NCBI GenBank assembly: GCA_032128415.1
Contig: JAQBGW010000004.1
Location: 27,116 to 91,115, forward strand
Direction: 5' to 3'
Length of the DNA: 64,000 nt
DNA from: Betaproteobacteria bacterium
Lineage (GTDB): Bacteria > Pseudomonadota > Gammaproteobacteria > Burkholderiales > SG8-41
Part shown: piece after piece, positions 18,218-27,242 of the stretch
How positions within the stretch are numbered: position 1 is the first letter of the stretch
How the letters are laid out: each line of letters begins with the position of its first letter
The notes under the pieces: generated by a model
Told to the model about the DNA's origin: nothing
The model's input: the letters and a program-made list of their open reading frames with translations, nothing else
Database searches by the model: none
Position numbers and translations under genes: made by a program

Positions 18218-19375
18218 TTAACGCAACCGCAATAACGCCTGCTCGAGATCGGCGATCAGGTCCACCGGATCTTCGAGCCCGATGTGCAGGCGGATCGTCG
18301 GTCCGCCGGGATTCCATGGTGTGGCCGAGCGGACTTTCTCCGGGCGCGGCGCGGTCACCAGACTCTCAAAGCCGCCCCAACTGGAACCAATGCCGAACAG
18401 CTTGAGCGCATTGACAAAAGCTGCAACTTGCAGGCGCTCCGCCGGACGCAGAATGACGCCAAACAGCGACGCTGCACCATCGAAATCGCGCTTCCAGATC
18501 GCATGGCCGGGGTCATTCTCCAGCGCTGGATACAGCACGCGCTGCACTTCAGGATGTTTCTGCAGCCAGCGCGCCACGGTCAGTGCGCTGGCCATCTGCT
18601 GCTTCATGCGCACCCCGATGGTGCGGAAGCCGCGTAACGCCAGGAAGCAGTCGTCGGGGCTGACGCAATAGCCGTAATCGGCCACTGCGTGGCGCACCGG
18701 CAGCCAGTATTTTTGGTTGGTGACGATGACGCCCATCAGCACATCGGAGTGGCCGACGATGTATTTGGTTGCGGCGTGTATGGAGACATCAACGCCGCGC
18801 TCGAAAGAGCGGAAAAAATACGGCGTACCCCAGGTGGTGTCCGCCAGCACCGGAATGTTGTGGGCATGCGCCACCGCGGCGATGGCGGGTATGTCCTGCA
18901 TTTCGAACGTCAGCGATCCCGGCGTTTCACAGAACACGGCTTTGGTATTGGGTTTGATCCGTTTGGCGATTCCAGCACCTATTAGCGGATCGTAATATTC
19001 AACATCGACACCATTGCGACGTAACTGGCGCTCGCAGAAAATTCGCGTCGGCGCATAGGTGCTGTCGGTCATCAGCAGGTGATCGCCGCTCTTGACGAAC
19101 GCACACAGCGCCGCGGTGATCGCGGCCAAGCCGGACGGCACGGCCACAGCCTGATGACCACCTTCCATTCCGGCCACAGCTTCCTCGAAGGCGAATGTCG
19201 TGGGAGTGCCGTGAATGCCATAGCGCATGCTTTTGAAATCATCGGGATCGCGGTTTTCGAACGCTTCGAGGTTGGGAAAAATCACCGTCGAGGTGCGGTA
19301 CACCGGGGTGTTGACGGTGCCGTGGGTCTGCGCCGGGTTGCGGCCGATGTGCGTCAGCAGGGTGTCTTTTTTCAT
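18218..19375 (-). CDS. metC: cystathionine beta-lyase
   Basis: 385 aa. Cys/Met-metabolism PLP enzyme with MetC-type N-terminus (DTLLTHIGR...NTPVYRTSTV) and PLP-lysine motif ATKYIVGHSD. Confidence 0.85.
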   Translation of the reverse strand: MKKDTLLTHIGRNPAQTHGTVNTPVYRTSTVIFPNLEAFENRDPDDFKSMRYGIHGTPTTFAFEEAVAGMEGGHQAVAVPSGLAAITAALCAFVKSGDHLLMTDSTYAPTRIFCERQLRRNGVDVEYYDPLIGAGIAKRIKPNTKAVFCETPGSLTFEMQDIPAIAAVAHAHNIPVLADTTWGTPYFFRSFERGVDVSIHAATKYIVGHSDVLMGVIVTNQKYWLPVRHAVADYGYCVSPDDCFLALRGFRTIGVRMKQQMASALTVARWLQKHPEVQRVLYPALENDPGHAIWKRDFDGAASLFGVILRPAERLQVAAFVNALKLFGIGSSWGGFESLVTAPRPEKVRSATPWNPGGPTIRLHIGLEDPVDLIADLEQALLRLR

Positions 19376-19562
19376 GGAAGGTTTGGTTTTTTTACGATAT
19401 GGACTGCAACCGCCGCATTGTGCGCGAGCGACAACGGCGGAGCAATATGAATGTCAAAGTTTTGCGCGCAAATAAGCGCCTAATTGCGTTATCCTAGCCG
19501 CTATTCCAACCGAGGAGCGAGCGATCCGCAGCGGTATTCAGCATGCGGAGCGCGGGAACATC

Positions 19563-21887
19563 ATGGATCAACATCAACATCAACATCAACATTTATTCGA
19601 TGTCGGCGGCACCCATGTGTCCCGCCTGGAAGACCTGCGGCTGATCAAGGGCGAGGGTTGTTATGCCGCTGACTGGAACCTGCCCAATCAGGCGCACGCT
19701 TCATTTCTGCGTGCAGACCGGGCTCACGCGAAAATTGTCTCGATCAATGTGGATGCCGCGCGCAAGGCGAAAGGCGTGCTGGGTGTCTATACCGGCGAAG
19801 ATGCGGTGCGTGTAGGCCATGTCAAGCCGTTGAGCATGCTGACTTTTGCCGGCAAGGACGGCAAGAAGGCGCTTATTCCGGAGCGCCCGACGCTGGCGCA
19901 CGGGCGGGTGCGTTTCGTTGGCGATCTGGTGGCGATGGTAGTTGCGGAAACTGAGTTGCAGGCGCAGGACGCTGCGGAACTGATCGAAGTTGAATATGAA
20001 GATTTGCCGGTGGTGGTTGCTGCGGAGTCTGCGCTGGCGGCCGGCGCCATTCAATTGCATGACAACGTGCCTGGCAATCTGTCTTTTGAGCAGGAGGCCG
20101 GTGATGCGGCGGCAACAACGGCTGCGTTCGCCAAGGCTGCACACGTCACCAAACTGAAACTCGATTGCACACGTGTGGCGCCCAATCCGATGGAGCCGCG
20201 CGCCTGCCTCGTTGCGTACGATGCGGGATCGGAATCGTACACGGTGCATGTGCCGGTGCAGGGCATCAACATGATGCGCATGCAACTGGTGGCGTATGTC
20301 GGCGTGCCCGAAGACAAAATCAAGGTGGTGGCGCGCGACGTCGGTGGCGGCTTCGGCCAGCGCAGCATTGCCTACCCTGAGTATTGCACGGCGATGATGG
20401 CAGCAAAGGCCCTGGGTCGCCCGGTGAAATGGGTATCCACACGCAGCGAAGCATTCATGGCGGATTCGCATGGTCGCGCCAATTACATCACTGCGGAACT
20501 GGCACTCGACAAGGACGGCACTTTCCTGGCCATGCGCCTCGATTGGATCGCCGATCTCGGCGCGTATCTGCACCCGGCCGGGCCGGTGAGCCCGATGCGT
20601 AATCCGGTGACCTGCCTGAATGGCGTTTACAAAACGCCGGCATTGTTTGGTCGTTGGCGCGTGGTGTTGACCAACACCGCGCCGGTATCGGCATATCGCG
20701 GCGCAGCGCGCCCTGAGATTGCCTATACCATCGAGCGCCTGGTCGATGAGGCGGCGGCGCAAATGAAAATCGATCCGGCAGAAATCCGCCGGCGCAATTT
20801 CATTCCGCCCGAGGCATTTCCGTACAAAACGCCGACCGGCTCGGTCTATGACATTGCTGATTTTCCCGGCGTGCTGGAGAAGGCGCTGAAGCTGGCCGAC
20901 GTCCAGGGCTTTGCCCAGCGTCGTGCCGAATCAGAAAAGCGCGGCATGCTGCGCGGGCTGGGCCTGTCCACGGTGATCGAGAATTCCGGCGCCGGCATGT
21001 TCCCCAAGGACGAAGTGCTGCTCGAGGTGGCGACCGACGGCAAGGTTGCGGCTTATTCGATTTCGCATTCGCAGGGCCAGGGCCATGAGACCACGTTCGC
21101 GCAGATCATCGGCGATGCGCTGGGCATACCCGCTGAACGCATCACGCTGCGGCAGGGCATCGCTGAAAAAGGGTTGATCGGCAATCACACCGGCGGCTCG
21201 CGCACCATCGTCGGCGCCGGTACGGTGTGTCATATTGCTGCAAAAAAACTGATTGAACACGCCACGCCGCTGGCCGCAGAGCAGCTTGGGGTGGAGCCCT
21301 CGCAAGTGGCGTATGCCAAAGGTGAATTCCAGTCCAAGGATTCCGACAAGAAGATCACGCTGGGCGAGCTGGCAGCGAAAAAACCGCTGAGCGTGACCGG
21401 CGAAGGCAAATTCGGTTCGACCTTCCCCAATGGCTGTCACATCGCTGAACTGGAAATCGATCCGCAGACCGGTGTGACGCAAATGAAGTCTTATGTAACC
21501 GTTGACGACTGCGGCACGGTGATCAACCACACCATTGTTGAAGGCCAGATGCACGGCGCAGTGGCGCAGGGTTGGGGACAGATCTTCGGCGAGAACGTGG
21601 TTTACGACCCGGAGACCGGGCAATTGCTGACCGGTAGCTTCATGGATTACGCGATGCCGAAAGCCGGCTGGATCAGCGACATACACATCGCTGATCACAC
21701 CACGTTCGGCACCATCAGCCCACTGGGTGTGAAGGGCATGGGCGAATCGGGTTGCACCGCGTCATTGGGTGCGCTGACCAATGCGGTGATGAACGCGCTG
21801 CGGCCACTAGGCGTGCCGCCGCTCGACATGCCGCTGACGGCGCACAAGCTGTGGCAGGCGATCACCTCTGCGAAGAAAGGAAACTGA
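19563..21887 (+). CDS. xanthine dehydrogenase-family molybdopterin-binding large subunit (CoxL form II-like, not a bona fide CO dehydrogenase)
   Basis: 774 aa. The active-site loop reads SAYRGAARPE (AYRGAGR-like) rather than the form I AYxCSFR. N-terminus carries QHQHQHQH. Confidence 0.9.
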   Translation: MDQHQHQHQHLFDVGGTHVSRLEDLRLIKGEGCYAADWNLPNQAHASFLRADRAHAKIVSINVDAARKAKGVLGVYTGEDAVRVGHVKPLSMLTFAGKDGKKALIPERPTLAHGRVRFVGDLVAMVVAETELQAQDAAELIEVEYEDLPVVVAAESALAAGAIQLHDNVPGNLSFEQEAGDAAATTAAFAKAAHVTKLKLDCTRVAPNPMEPRACLVAYDAGSESYTVHVPVQGINMMRMQLVAYVGVPEDKIKVVARDVGGGFGQRSIAYPEYCTAMMAAKALGRPVKWVSTRSEAFMADSHGRANYITAELALDKDGTFLAMRLDWIADLGAYLHPAGPVSPMRNPVTCLNGVYKTPALFGRWRVVLTNTAPVSAYRGAARPEIAYTIERLVDEAAAQMKIDPAEIRRRNFIPPEAFPYKTPTGSVYDIADFPGVLEKALKLADVQGFAQRRAESEKRGMLRGLGLSTVIENSGAGMFPKDEVLLEVATDGKVAAYSISHSQGQGHETTFAQIIGDALGIPAERITLRQGIAEKGLIGNHTGGSRTIVGAGTVCHIAAKKLIEHATPLAAEQLGVEPSQVAYAKGEFQSKDSDKKITLGELAAKKPLSVTGEGKFGSTFPNGCHIAELEIDPQTGVTQMKSYVTVDDCGTVINHTIVEGQMHGAVAQGWGQIFGENVVYDPETGQLLTGSFMDYAMPKAGWISDIHIADHTTFGTISPLGVKGMGESGCTASLGALTNAVMNALRPLGVPPLDMPLTAHKLWQAITSAKKGN

Positions 21888-21889
21888 AC

Positions 21890-22693
21890 ATGTACGCGTT
21901 TCAATATCGCAAGGCCAGTTCGCTGAAAGAGGCGGGTGAACTCCTCGTCAAGGATGCCGACGCCAAGCCCATGTCTGGCGGCATGACACTGCTCCCGACG
22001 ATTAAAGCCAGGCTCGCGCAACCTACGCAACTTATTGATATTTCAGGACTTTCTGAATTATCCGGGATTGAAGTCAAAGGCGGCGAGCTGATCATCGGCG
22101 CTGCCACACGGCATCAGCAGGTGGCGAGTTCGAAAGTCGTGCGCGATGCCTTGCCGGCGCTGGCTGATCTTGCAGCCCACATCGCCGATCCGCAGGTGCG
22201 CAATCGCGGCACGCTCGGCGGGTCGGTCGCCAACAACGATCCTGCTGCCGATTATCCGGCGGCGGTGCTGGGCCTCAATGCAAAAATCATCACCAACAAA
22301 CGTGAAATCGCTGCGGACGATTTTTTCCAGGGCATGTTTGCCACGGCGCTGGAGGCCGGCGAACTGATTGTGCGCATTGCGTTTCCGCTGCCGAAAAAAG
22401 CGGCGTATGCCAAGTTCCCGCATCCGGCTTCGGGTTATGCGATGGCCGGCGTGTTCATCGCGCAGACCGCGGCAGGCGTGCGCGTGGCGGTGACCGGGGC
22501 GGGCTCCGGTGTGTTTCGCTGGAGCGATGCTGAAGCGGCACTGATGAAGAGCATGGATCCGACGGCGCTGGCCAAGTTGACGGTGGCGACCGACGATCTG
22601 AACGAAGACATCCACGGCACGCGAGAATACCGTGCGCAACTGGTCAAAGTCATGGCGGGCCGCGCAGCGGCAACCATCGCCGGAAAAAACTGA
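21890..22693 (+). CDS. FAD-binding medium subunit of molybdenum hydroxylase (CoxM-like)
   Basis: ATG at 21890, 2 nt after the large-subunit stop. MYAFQYRKASSLKEA...MSGGMTLLP...RNRGTLGGS pattern. Confidence 0.9.
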   Translation: MYAFQYRKASSLKEAGELLVKDADAKPMSGGMTLLPTIKARLAQPTQLIDISGLSELSGIEVKGGELIIGAATRHQQVASSKVVRDALPALADLAAHIADPQVRNRGTLGGSVANNDPAADYPAAVLGLNAKIITNKREIAADDFFQGMFATALEAGELIVRIAFPLPKKAAYAKFPHPASGYAMAGVFIAQTAAGVRVAVTGAGSGVFRWSDAEAALMKSMDPTALAKLTVATDDLNEDIHGTREYRAQLVKVMAGRAAATIAGKN

Positions 22694-22705
22694 GGAAGAC
22701 GGAAC

Positions 22706-23173
22706 ATGGCCAAAATAAAAATGACGGTAAACGGCAAGCAATGCACGGGTGAAGTGGAAGACCGTGTGCTGCTGGTAAATTTTCTGCGCGACTCGCTGAA
22801 CCTCACCGGCACCCATGTCGGCTGTGATACCAGCCAGTGCGGCGCCTGCACCGTGCATGTCGATGGCCGCGCGGTGAAATCCTGCACCATGCTCGCGGTG
22901 CAGGCCGATGGCGCCGACGTGGTGACCATCGAAGGCATGGCGAAAAACGGCAAGCTGCATCCGGTGCAACAGGCGTTCACCGAATGCCACGCGCTGCAAT
23001 GCGGCTTCTGCACGCCGGGCATGATCATGACCGTGGCGGCGCTGCTGAAAGACAATCCGCATCCGACCGATGACGAAATCGTGCATGGGCTCGAAGGCAA
23101 CATGTGCCGCTGCACGGGTTATCTGAACATCGTCAAGGCGGTGAAACAGGCGGCGGGGCTGCAGCACAAGTAA
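22706..23173 (+). CDS. (2Fe-2S)-binding small subunit of molybdenum hydroxylase (CoxS-like)
   Basis: 155 aa. [11 protein letters not shown] and CGFCTPG cluster motifs. Confidence 0.95.
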   Translation: MAKIKMTVNGKQCTGEVEDRVLLVNFLRDSLNLTGTHVGCDTSQCGACTVHVDGRAVKSCTMLAVQADGADVVTIEGMAKNGKLHPVQQAFTECHALQCGFCTPGMIMTVAALLKDNPHPTDDEIVHGLEGNMCRCTGYLNIVKAVKQAAGLQHK

Positions 23174-23221
23174 GCTAGTCCGCGTTCGCGGTATCCTTGC
23201 AGCGCAAGGAGAACCCGCATC

Positions 23222-24436
23222 ATGTCATCCACAACATCCCCATCCGCGCCCGGCCCGCTGGCCGGCGTGCGCGTCATCGAACTGGGTCAACTGATCGCCG
23301 GCCCCTTCTGTGGCAAGACGCTCGGCGATTTCGGCGCCGAAGTCATCAAGATCGAGCCGCCGGGCAAAGGCGACCCGCTGCGCAAGTGGCGGATGCTGAG
23401 AAACGGCAATTCGGTGTGGTGGGAAGTCCAGTCGCGCAACAAACAGTCGGTGACGCTCGATCTCAATCAGCCCGAAGGACAGGACATCCTGCGGCTGCTC
23501 GCGAAAGAAGCCGACGTGCTGATTGAGAATTTCCGCCCCGGCAAGATGGAGGAGTGGGGCCTCGGTTATGAGGATCTGAAAAAAATCAATCCACGGTTGG
23601 TGATGGCGCGCATCTCCGGCTACGGTCAGGATGGCCCGTACCGCGACCGTCCCGGTTTCGGCATCATCGCCGAATCGATGGGCGGACTGCGCTATCTGAC
23701 CGGCGAACCGGGGCGGGTGCCGGTGCGGGTCGGCGTATCCATCGGCGATACGCTGGCGGCGCTGCACGGTGTCATCGGCATTTTGATGGCGCTGTATCAC
23801 CGGGATACAAAACCAAACGGCGCAGGCCAGGTCATCGACATCGCGTTGTACGAAAGTGTCTTCAACTGCATGGAAAGTCTGCTGCCGGAATTCAGCGCCT
23901 TCGGCGCGGTGCGCGAAGCGGCGGGCAGCGCATTGCCGGGCATCGTGCCGTCGAATGCATACCCATGCCGCGACGGCTGGATCCTCATCGGTGGCAACGG
24001 CGACGGCATATTCAAGCGCTTGATGAATGCCATCGCCCGTGATGATCTGGGCACAGCGCCGGATCTGGGTTCCAACGACGGCCGCGTCAAACGTGTAGCC
24101 GACATCGACGGCGCGATCACTGCATGGACCAGAGCGCGCGACAAGGCCGACGCGCTGAAAATCCTAGCCTCACACGATGTGCCATCAGGTGCGATCTTTT
24201 CGATTGCCGACATCGTGGCCGATGCGCAATACCGGGCGCGCGATATGATTCTCGACATCACCACCCGCGACGGCTACCAAGTTGACGTGCCGGGCATCGT
24301 GCCCAAACTTTCAGCCACGCCCGGCGGCATCCGCAACACCGCGCCGCGGCTGGGCGAAGACACCGAGGCGGTTCTGCAGCGCGCCGGCGTGAAGGCGGAG
24401 ACCATCGCCGATCTGCGGGCGAAGGGGGTAATCTAA
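23222..24436 (+). CDS. family III (CaiB/BaiF) CoA-transferase
   Basis: 404 aa. N-terminal LAGVRVIELGQLIAGPFCGKTLGDFGAEVIKIEPP signature. Confidence 0.9.
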   Translation: MSSTTSPSAPGPLAGVRVIELGQLIAGPFCGKTLGDFGAEVIKIEPPGKGDPLRKWRMLRNGNSVWWEVQSRNKQSVTLDLNQPEGQDILRLLAKEADVLIENFRPGKMEEWGLGYEDLKKINPRLVMARISGYGQDGPYRDRPGFGIIAESMGGLRYLTGEPGRVPVRVGVSIGDTLAALHGVIGILMALYHRDTKPNGAGQVIDIALYESVFNCMESLLPEFSAFGAVREAAGSALPGIVPSNAYPCRDGWILIGGNGDGIFKRLMNAIARDDLGTAPDLGSNDGRVKRVADIDGAITAWTRARDKADALKILASHDVPSGAIFSIADIVADAQYRARDMILDITTRDGYQVDVPGIVPKLSATPGGIRNTAPRLGEDTEAVLQRAGVKAETIADLRAKGVI

Positions 24437-24470
24437 TAAATGTCAATTAAAACAAATACTTATGAATTAT

Positions 24471-24558
24471 CGTCATTCCGGACGCGCAAAGCGCGATCCG
24501 GAATCCAGCAACGGACCGTGGCAAATTCCTGGATTCCGGTTTTCGCCGGAATGACGAC
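24471..24558. repeat. compound palindromic REP/MITE-like element
   Basis: cgtcattccgg-acgcgcaaagcgcgat-ccggaatccag ... ctggattccgg-ttttcg-ccggaatgacga: two nested hairpins arranged as a large inverted repeat. It gives the spurious VIPAKTGIQ-type ORF common for this repeat class. Confidence 0.65.
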
Positions 24559-24579
24559 TATGGCAACGGAGTACCAACC

Positions 24580-24957
24580 ATGATCGACCATCTCGACCAC
24601 TTTGTAATGACCACCGCGCAGCCCGAAGAAACGATTCGCTTCTACACCGGGGTACTGGGCATGACGCTCGAACATTTTGGTGAAGGCCGCCGTGCGCTGA
24701 AATTTGGCAAGCAGAAAATCAACATCCACTTGAAGGGCAGGGAATACGAACCCAAGGCGCATGCGCCGGGCGTCGGCACGCTGGATTTCTGTTTTATTGC
24801 ATCAGTGCCGCTGGATGACGTCATTGCTCGACTGAAGCAGCACAACGTCAAGATCATCGAAGGGCCGGTGAACAAGACCGGGGCGATGGGGGCGATACGG
24901 TCGGTTTATTGCCGGGATCCTGATTTGAATCTGGTGGAGGTTTCGGTATACGTCTGA
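24580..24957 (+). CDS. VOC (glyoxalase/bleomycin-resistance/dioxygenase) family protein
   Basis: 125 aa. IDHLDHFVMTT...TIRFYTGVLGM...FCF...RSVYCRDPDLNLVEV pattern. Confidence 0.85.
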   Translation: MIDHLDHFVMTTAQPEETIRFYTGVLGMTLEHFGEGRRALKFGKQKINIHLKGREYEPKAHAPGVGTLDFCFIASVPLDDVIARLKQHNVKIIEGPVNKTGAMGAIRSVYCRDPDLNLVEVSVYV

Positions 24958-25034
24958 TCCGGCGCGCGGCGGTTGACGCAGGGCAGTCAGCGGCTTAGCA
25001 TCCCTGTATCTCATTTGTAGTACAGGAGCTGGCC

Positions 25035-25313
25035 ATGGCGGTTTCACTGAGAATCCCGGAAAAAATAAAACGCCGCGTCGAAAAGCTGGCACAGGCGCGC
25101 GACACTACCGCGCATGCGTTCATGGTGGAGGCCATTGAGGAGCGCCTGCTGGCCGAGGAGACCCGCGCCGAATACCATGCCGAAGCGACGGCCCGGCTTG
25201 CGCGCATGAAAAAAACCGGCAAAGGAATTCCGGCAGCGGAAGTGTTCGATTACCTGCGCGAGCGTGTGCAGGGGAAATCCGCCACACGGCCAAAGGCACG
25301 CAAGATCGCATGA
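25035..25313 (+). CDS. ribbon-helix-helix (CopG/ParD-like) antitoxin
   Basis: 92 aa. N-terminal RHH-like MAVSLRIPEKIKRRVEKLA. Overlaps the downstream toxin gene by ATGA. Confidence 0.75.
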   Translation: MAVSLRIPEKIKRRVEKLAQARDTTAHAFMVEAIEERLLAEETRAEYHAEATARLARMKKTGKGIPAAEVFDYLRERVQGKSATRPKARKIA

Positions 25314-25606
25314 TCATCTTTTCCGAGGAGGCACTTGCCGACCTCGAAAAGATTTTTGAGTTCAATGTCGAGCGTGATCCTGTCGTCGCGCTGGATCATA
25401 TCGACAAGATACAGTCCGCGGTGACGGTGCTTGAAGTGCACCCGGAAATCGGCAGGCGGGTTGCTGCAGGTTCGCCGCTGCGGGAACTGGTGATCTCCCG
25501 CGGGCAGGCAGGCTACATCGCGCTCTATGAGTATTCACCCGCGGCAAACCGGATTCGCATCCTCGCCGTGCGTCATCAGCGCGAAGCGGGATACATGATC
25601 GAATAG
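25310..25606 (+). CDS. RelE/ParE-family type II toxin
   Basis: 98 aa. IIFSEEALADLEKIFEF...HPEIGRRV...LRELVISRGQAGYIALYEY...IRILAVRHQREAGY is the ParE pattern. Confidence 0.8.
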   Translation: MIIFSEEALADLEKIFEFNVERDPVVALDHIDKIQSAVTVLEVHPEIGRRVAAGSPLRELVISRGQAGYIALYEYSPAANRIRILAVRHQREAGYMIE

Positions 25607-25956
25607 GTCGGGCTGTCTGCACAATCCTGCCGCCAATCGAGAGCCCAAGGAGCTGGATGGGACCATTCATCTATCGTCACAGAATAAAGAATTGTCAACC
25701 CGACCCTTTCTACGCTGGATGCAAACCCGCCTTTGAAACAGCGGACCGACGGATTTCCGCATGCAATCTTGATCTAGAGTGCAAATTGCATATGAACCGA
25801 GGCTATTAAAAAGTGTTTACAAAACAAATGCTTATGATGCTCATGCCTCGCTCCACGCGGTTCCCTCGGTAGCTTCGTCCCACACCGCGCACAAAACATG
25901 TCTTTGGACCCACCGGCCGCCGCAATCCTGACACCGCCACAACTCGCAATACCTCA

Positions 25957-27126
25957 TCAAGGCTTGAGCTTGTCCTCAAACCAATTCCACATCTCCGCCA
26001 CCCCCAGCGTCAGGTAGTCACGCTGGCAGTGCTGCGCGCCGCCTTCTTCGGCAGTGAACACCCGCAGCGTCTTGTCCTTTGATCCCGAGGCGTTGTACAG
26101 CGCCTGCGCGTCGGCCAGCGGCACCTGCTCGTCGTCGGCACCATGCACGATCAGGAACGGGCAGCGCATTTTCTGCACCACGCCGTCGAGTTTGAAAGGT
26201 TCGAGTTTTTTCAGTGCTTCGTCCAGCGTATCCACACCGAGTATCCAGGTGATGTGGTGGCCGGGTACTGACATTGAGGTCTTGAACTGCGCATCAATGC
26301 GTTTTTTCCAGGTGGCGTGGTAGTCCCATATCGCACCCCAGGCGATGCACGCGGCGAAGCGCGAGTCCATAGCCGCCATGCGCGGTGAGTAATAACCACC
26401 GAGGCTGATGGCGACGACCCCGATTTTTTTCGGATCGACGTCATCACGCATTTCCAGCCAGTCGATGCAGGCCGAACCGGCAACTTCGTAGTCGTGGCGC
26501 AGGTAGTGGCCGCGGAAGCGGATCGCTTCGCCGGTGCCGGGGCCGTCCATCACCAGCACCGAGATGCCGCGCTTGATCAGGTCGGGCACGCCGCGCACGT
26601 ACTGGATTTCCTTGGTGACGTCGAGGCCGTCGAAATAAACCACGCAGGGCGGGTGCTCAGCCGTCGTGTTCTGCGCATGCACGAAGTAACCGGGCAGGCT
26701 GCCGCCGGGGAACGGCACTTCGACGATTTCGATCTTGACGTCGGTCAGTGCGACGTGGCGATGGAAGCTGAACACGCCGGCCTTGTATGCGGCCAGTGCC
26801 TTGTCGTCCTTGGGTGTGCGAAAGCGCTCGGCCATCTGGTAGTAATTGCAGGCGCGCAAATAGGCGTGGGCGGCCGATACCCGGTGGCCGCTGGTATCGA
26901 ATCGCTGCGCGTTGGCACTCACTTTGTCAGCCACATTGACGCAGGCGTTGAACCACGCTTCGTCGTCCTCCGGCGCTTTGTCTTTCAGCTGCATGCCGAT
27001 CCTGTGCAATTCGCTGATTTCCGAGCCGCCGTAGGGCGCTGAACTCATCATATTGATAAATGCCGATGACCAGCGGTAGTTGCCGGGGAAATACATGAAA
27101 TAGGCGGGGTCTTTCTTGGCGGTCAT
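25957..27126 (-). CDS. alpha/beta hydrolase (DHPON-hydrolase / DUF1100-like family)
   Basis: 389 aa. Nucleophile elbow AISLGGYY. Same architecture as 11801..13084. Confidence 0.8.
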   Translation of the reverse strand: MTAKKDPAYFMYFPGNYRWSSAFINMMSSAPYGGSEISELHRIGMQLKDKAPEDDEAWFNACVNVADKVSANAQRFDTSGHRVSAAHAYLRACNYYQMAERFRTPKDDKALAAYKAGVFSFHRHVALTDVKIEIVEVPFPGGSLPGYFVHAQNTTAEHPPCVVYFDGLDVTKEIQYVRGVPDLIKRGISVLVMDGPGTGEAIRFRGHYLRHDYEVAGSACIDWLEMRDDVDPKKIGVVAISLGGYYSPRMAAMDSRFAACIAWGAIWDYHATWKKRIDAQFKTSMSVPGHHITWILGVDTLDEALKKLEPFKLDGVVQKMRCPFLIVHGADDEQVPLADAQALYNASGSKDKTLRVFTAEEGGAQHCQRDYLTLGVAEMWNWFEDKLKP

Positions 27127-27180
27127 TGCGGGTCCTTGCTGAATAAACGATGGTGGCGTGTTTGTCCTTCGACAGAGCCT

Positions 27181-27208
27181 GTCCTGAGTTTACCGAAGGA
27201 CTCAGGAC
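27181..27208. repeat. REP-like hairpin
   Basis: GTCCTGAGT-ttaccgaagg-ACTCAGGAC perfect 9-bp stem inside a segment (27150-27215) that gives the spurious ...SLPKDSGRT...-type ORF typical of dispersed repeats. No T-run. Confidence 0.5.
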
Positions 27209-27242
27209 GAACGGTGATGGCGCTGTCCCGGCGTGTGCAAAT

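Noticed and set aside
19563-23173. Annotation as aerobic carbon-monoxide dehydrogenase (coxLMS).
   Set aside because: The large-subunit active-site loop is AYRGAAR (form II-like), not AYxCSFR. The gene order is L-M-S rather than M-S-L. No coxDEFG accessory genes are present, and the neighbours are CoA-metabolising enzymes.
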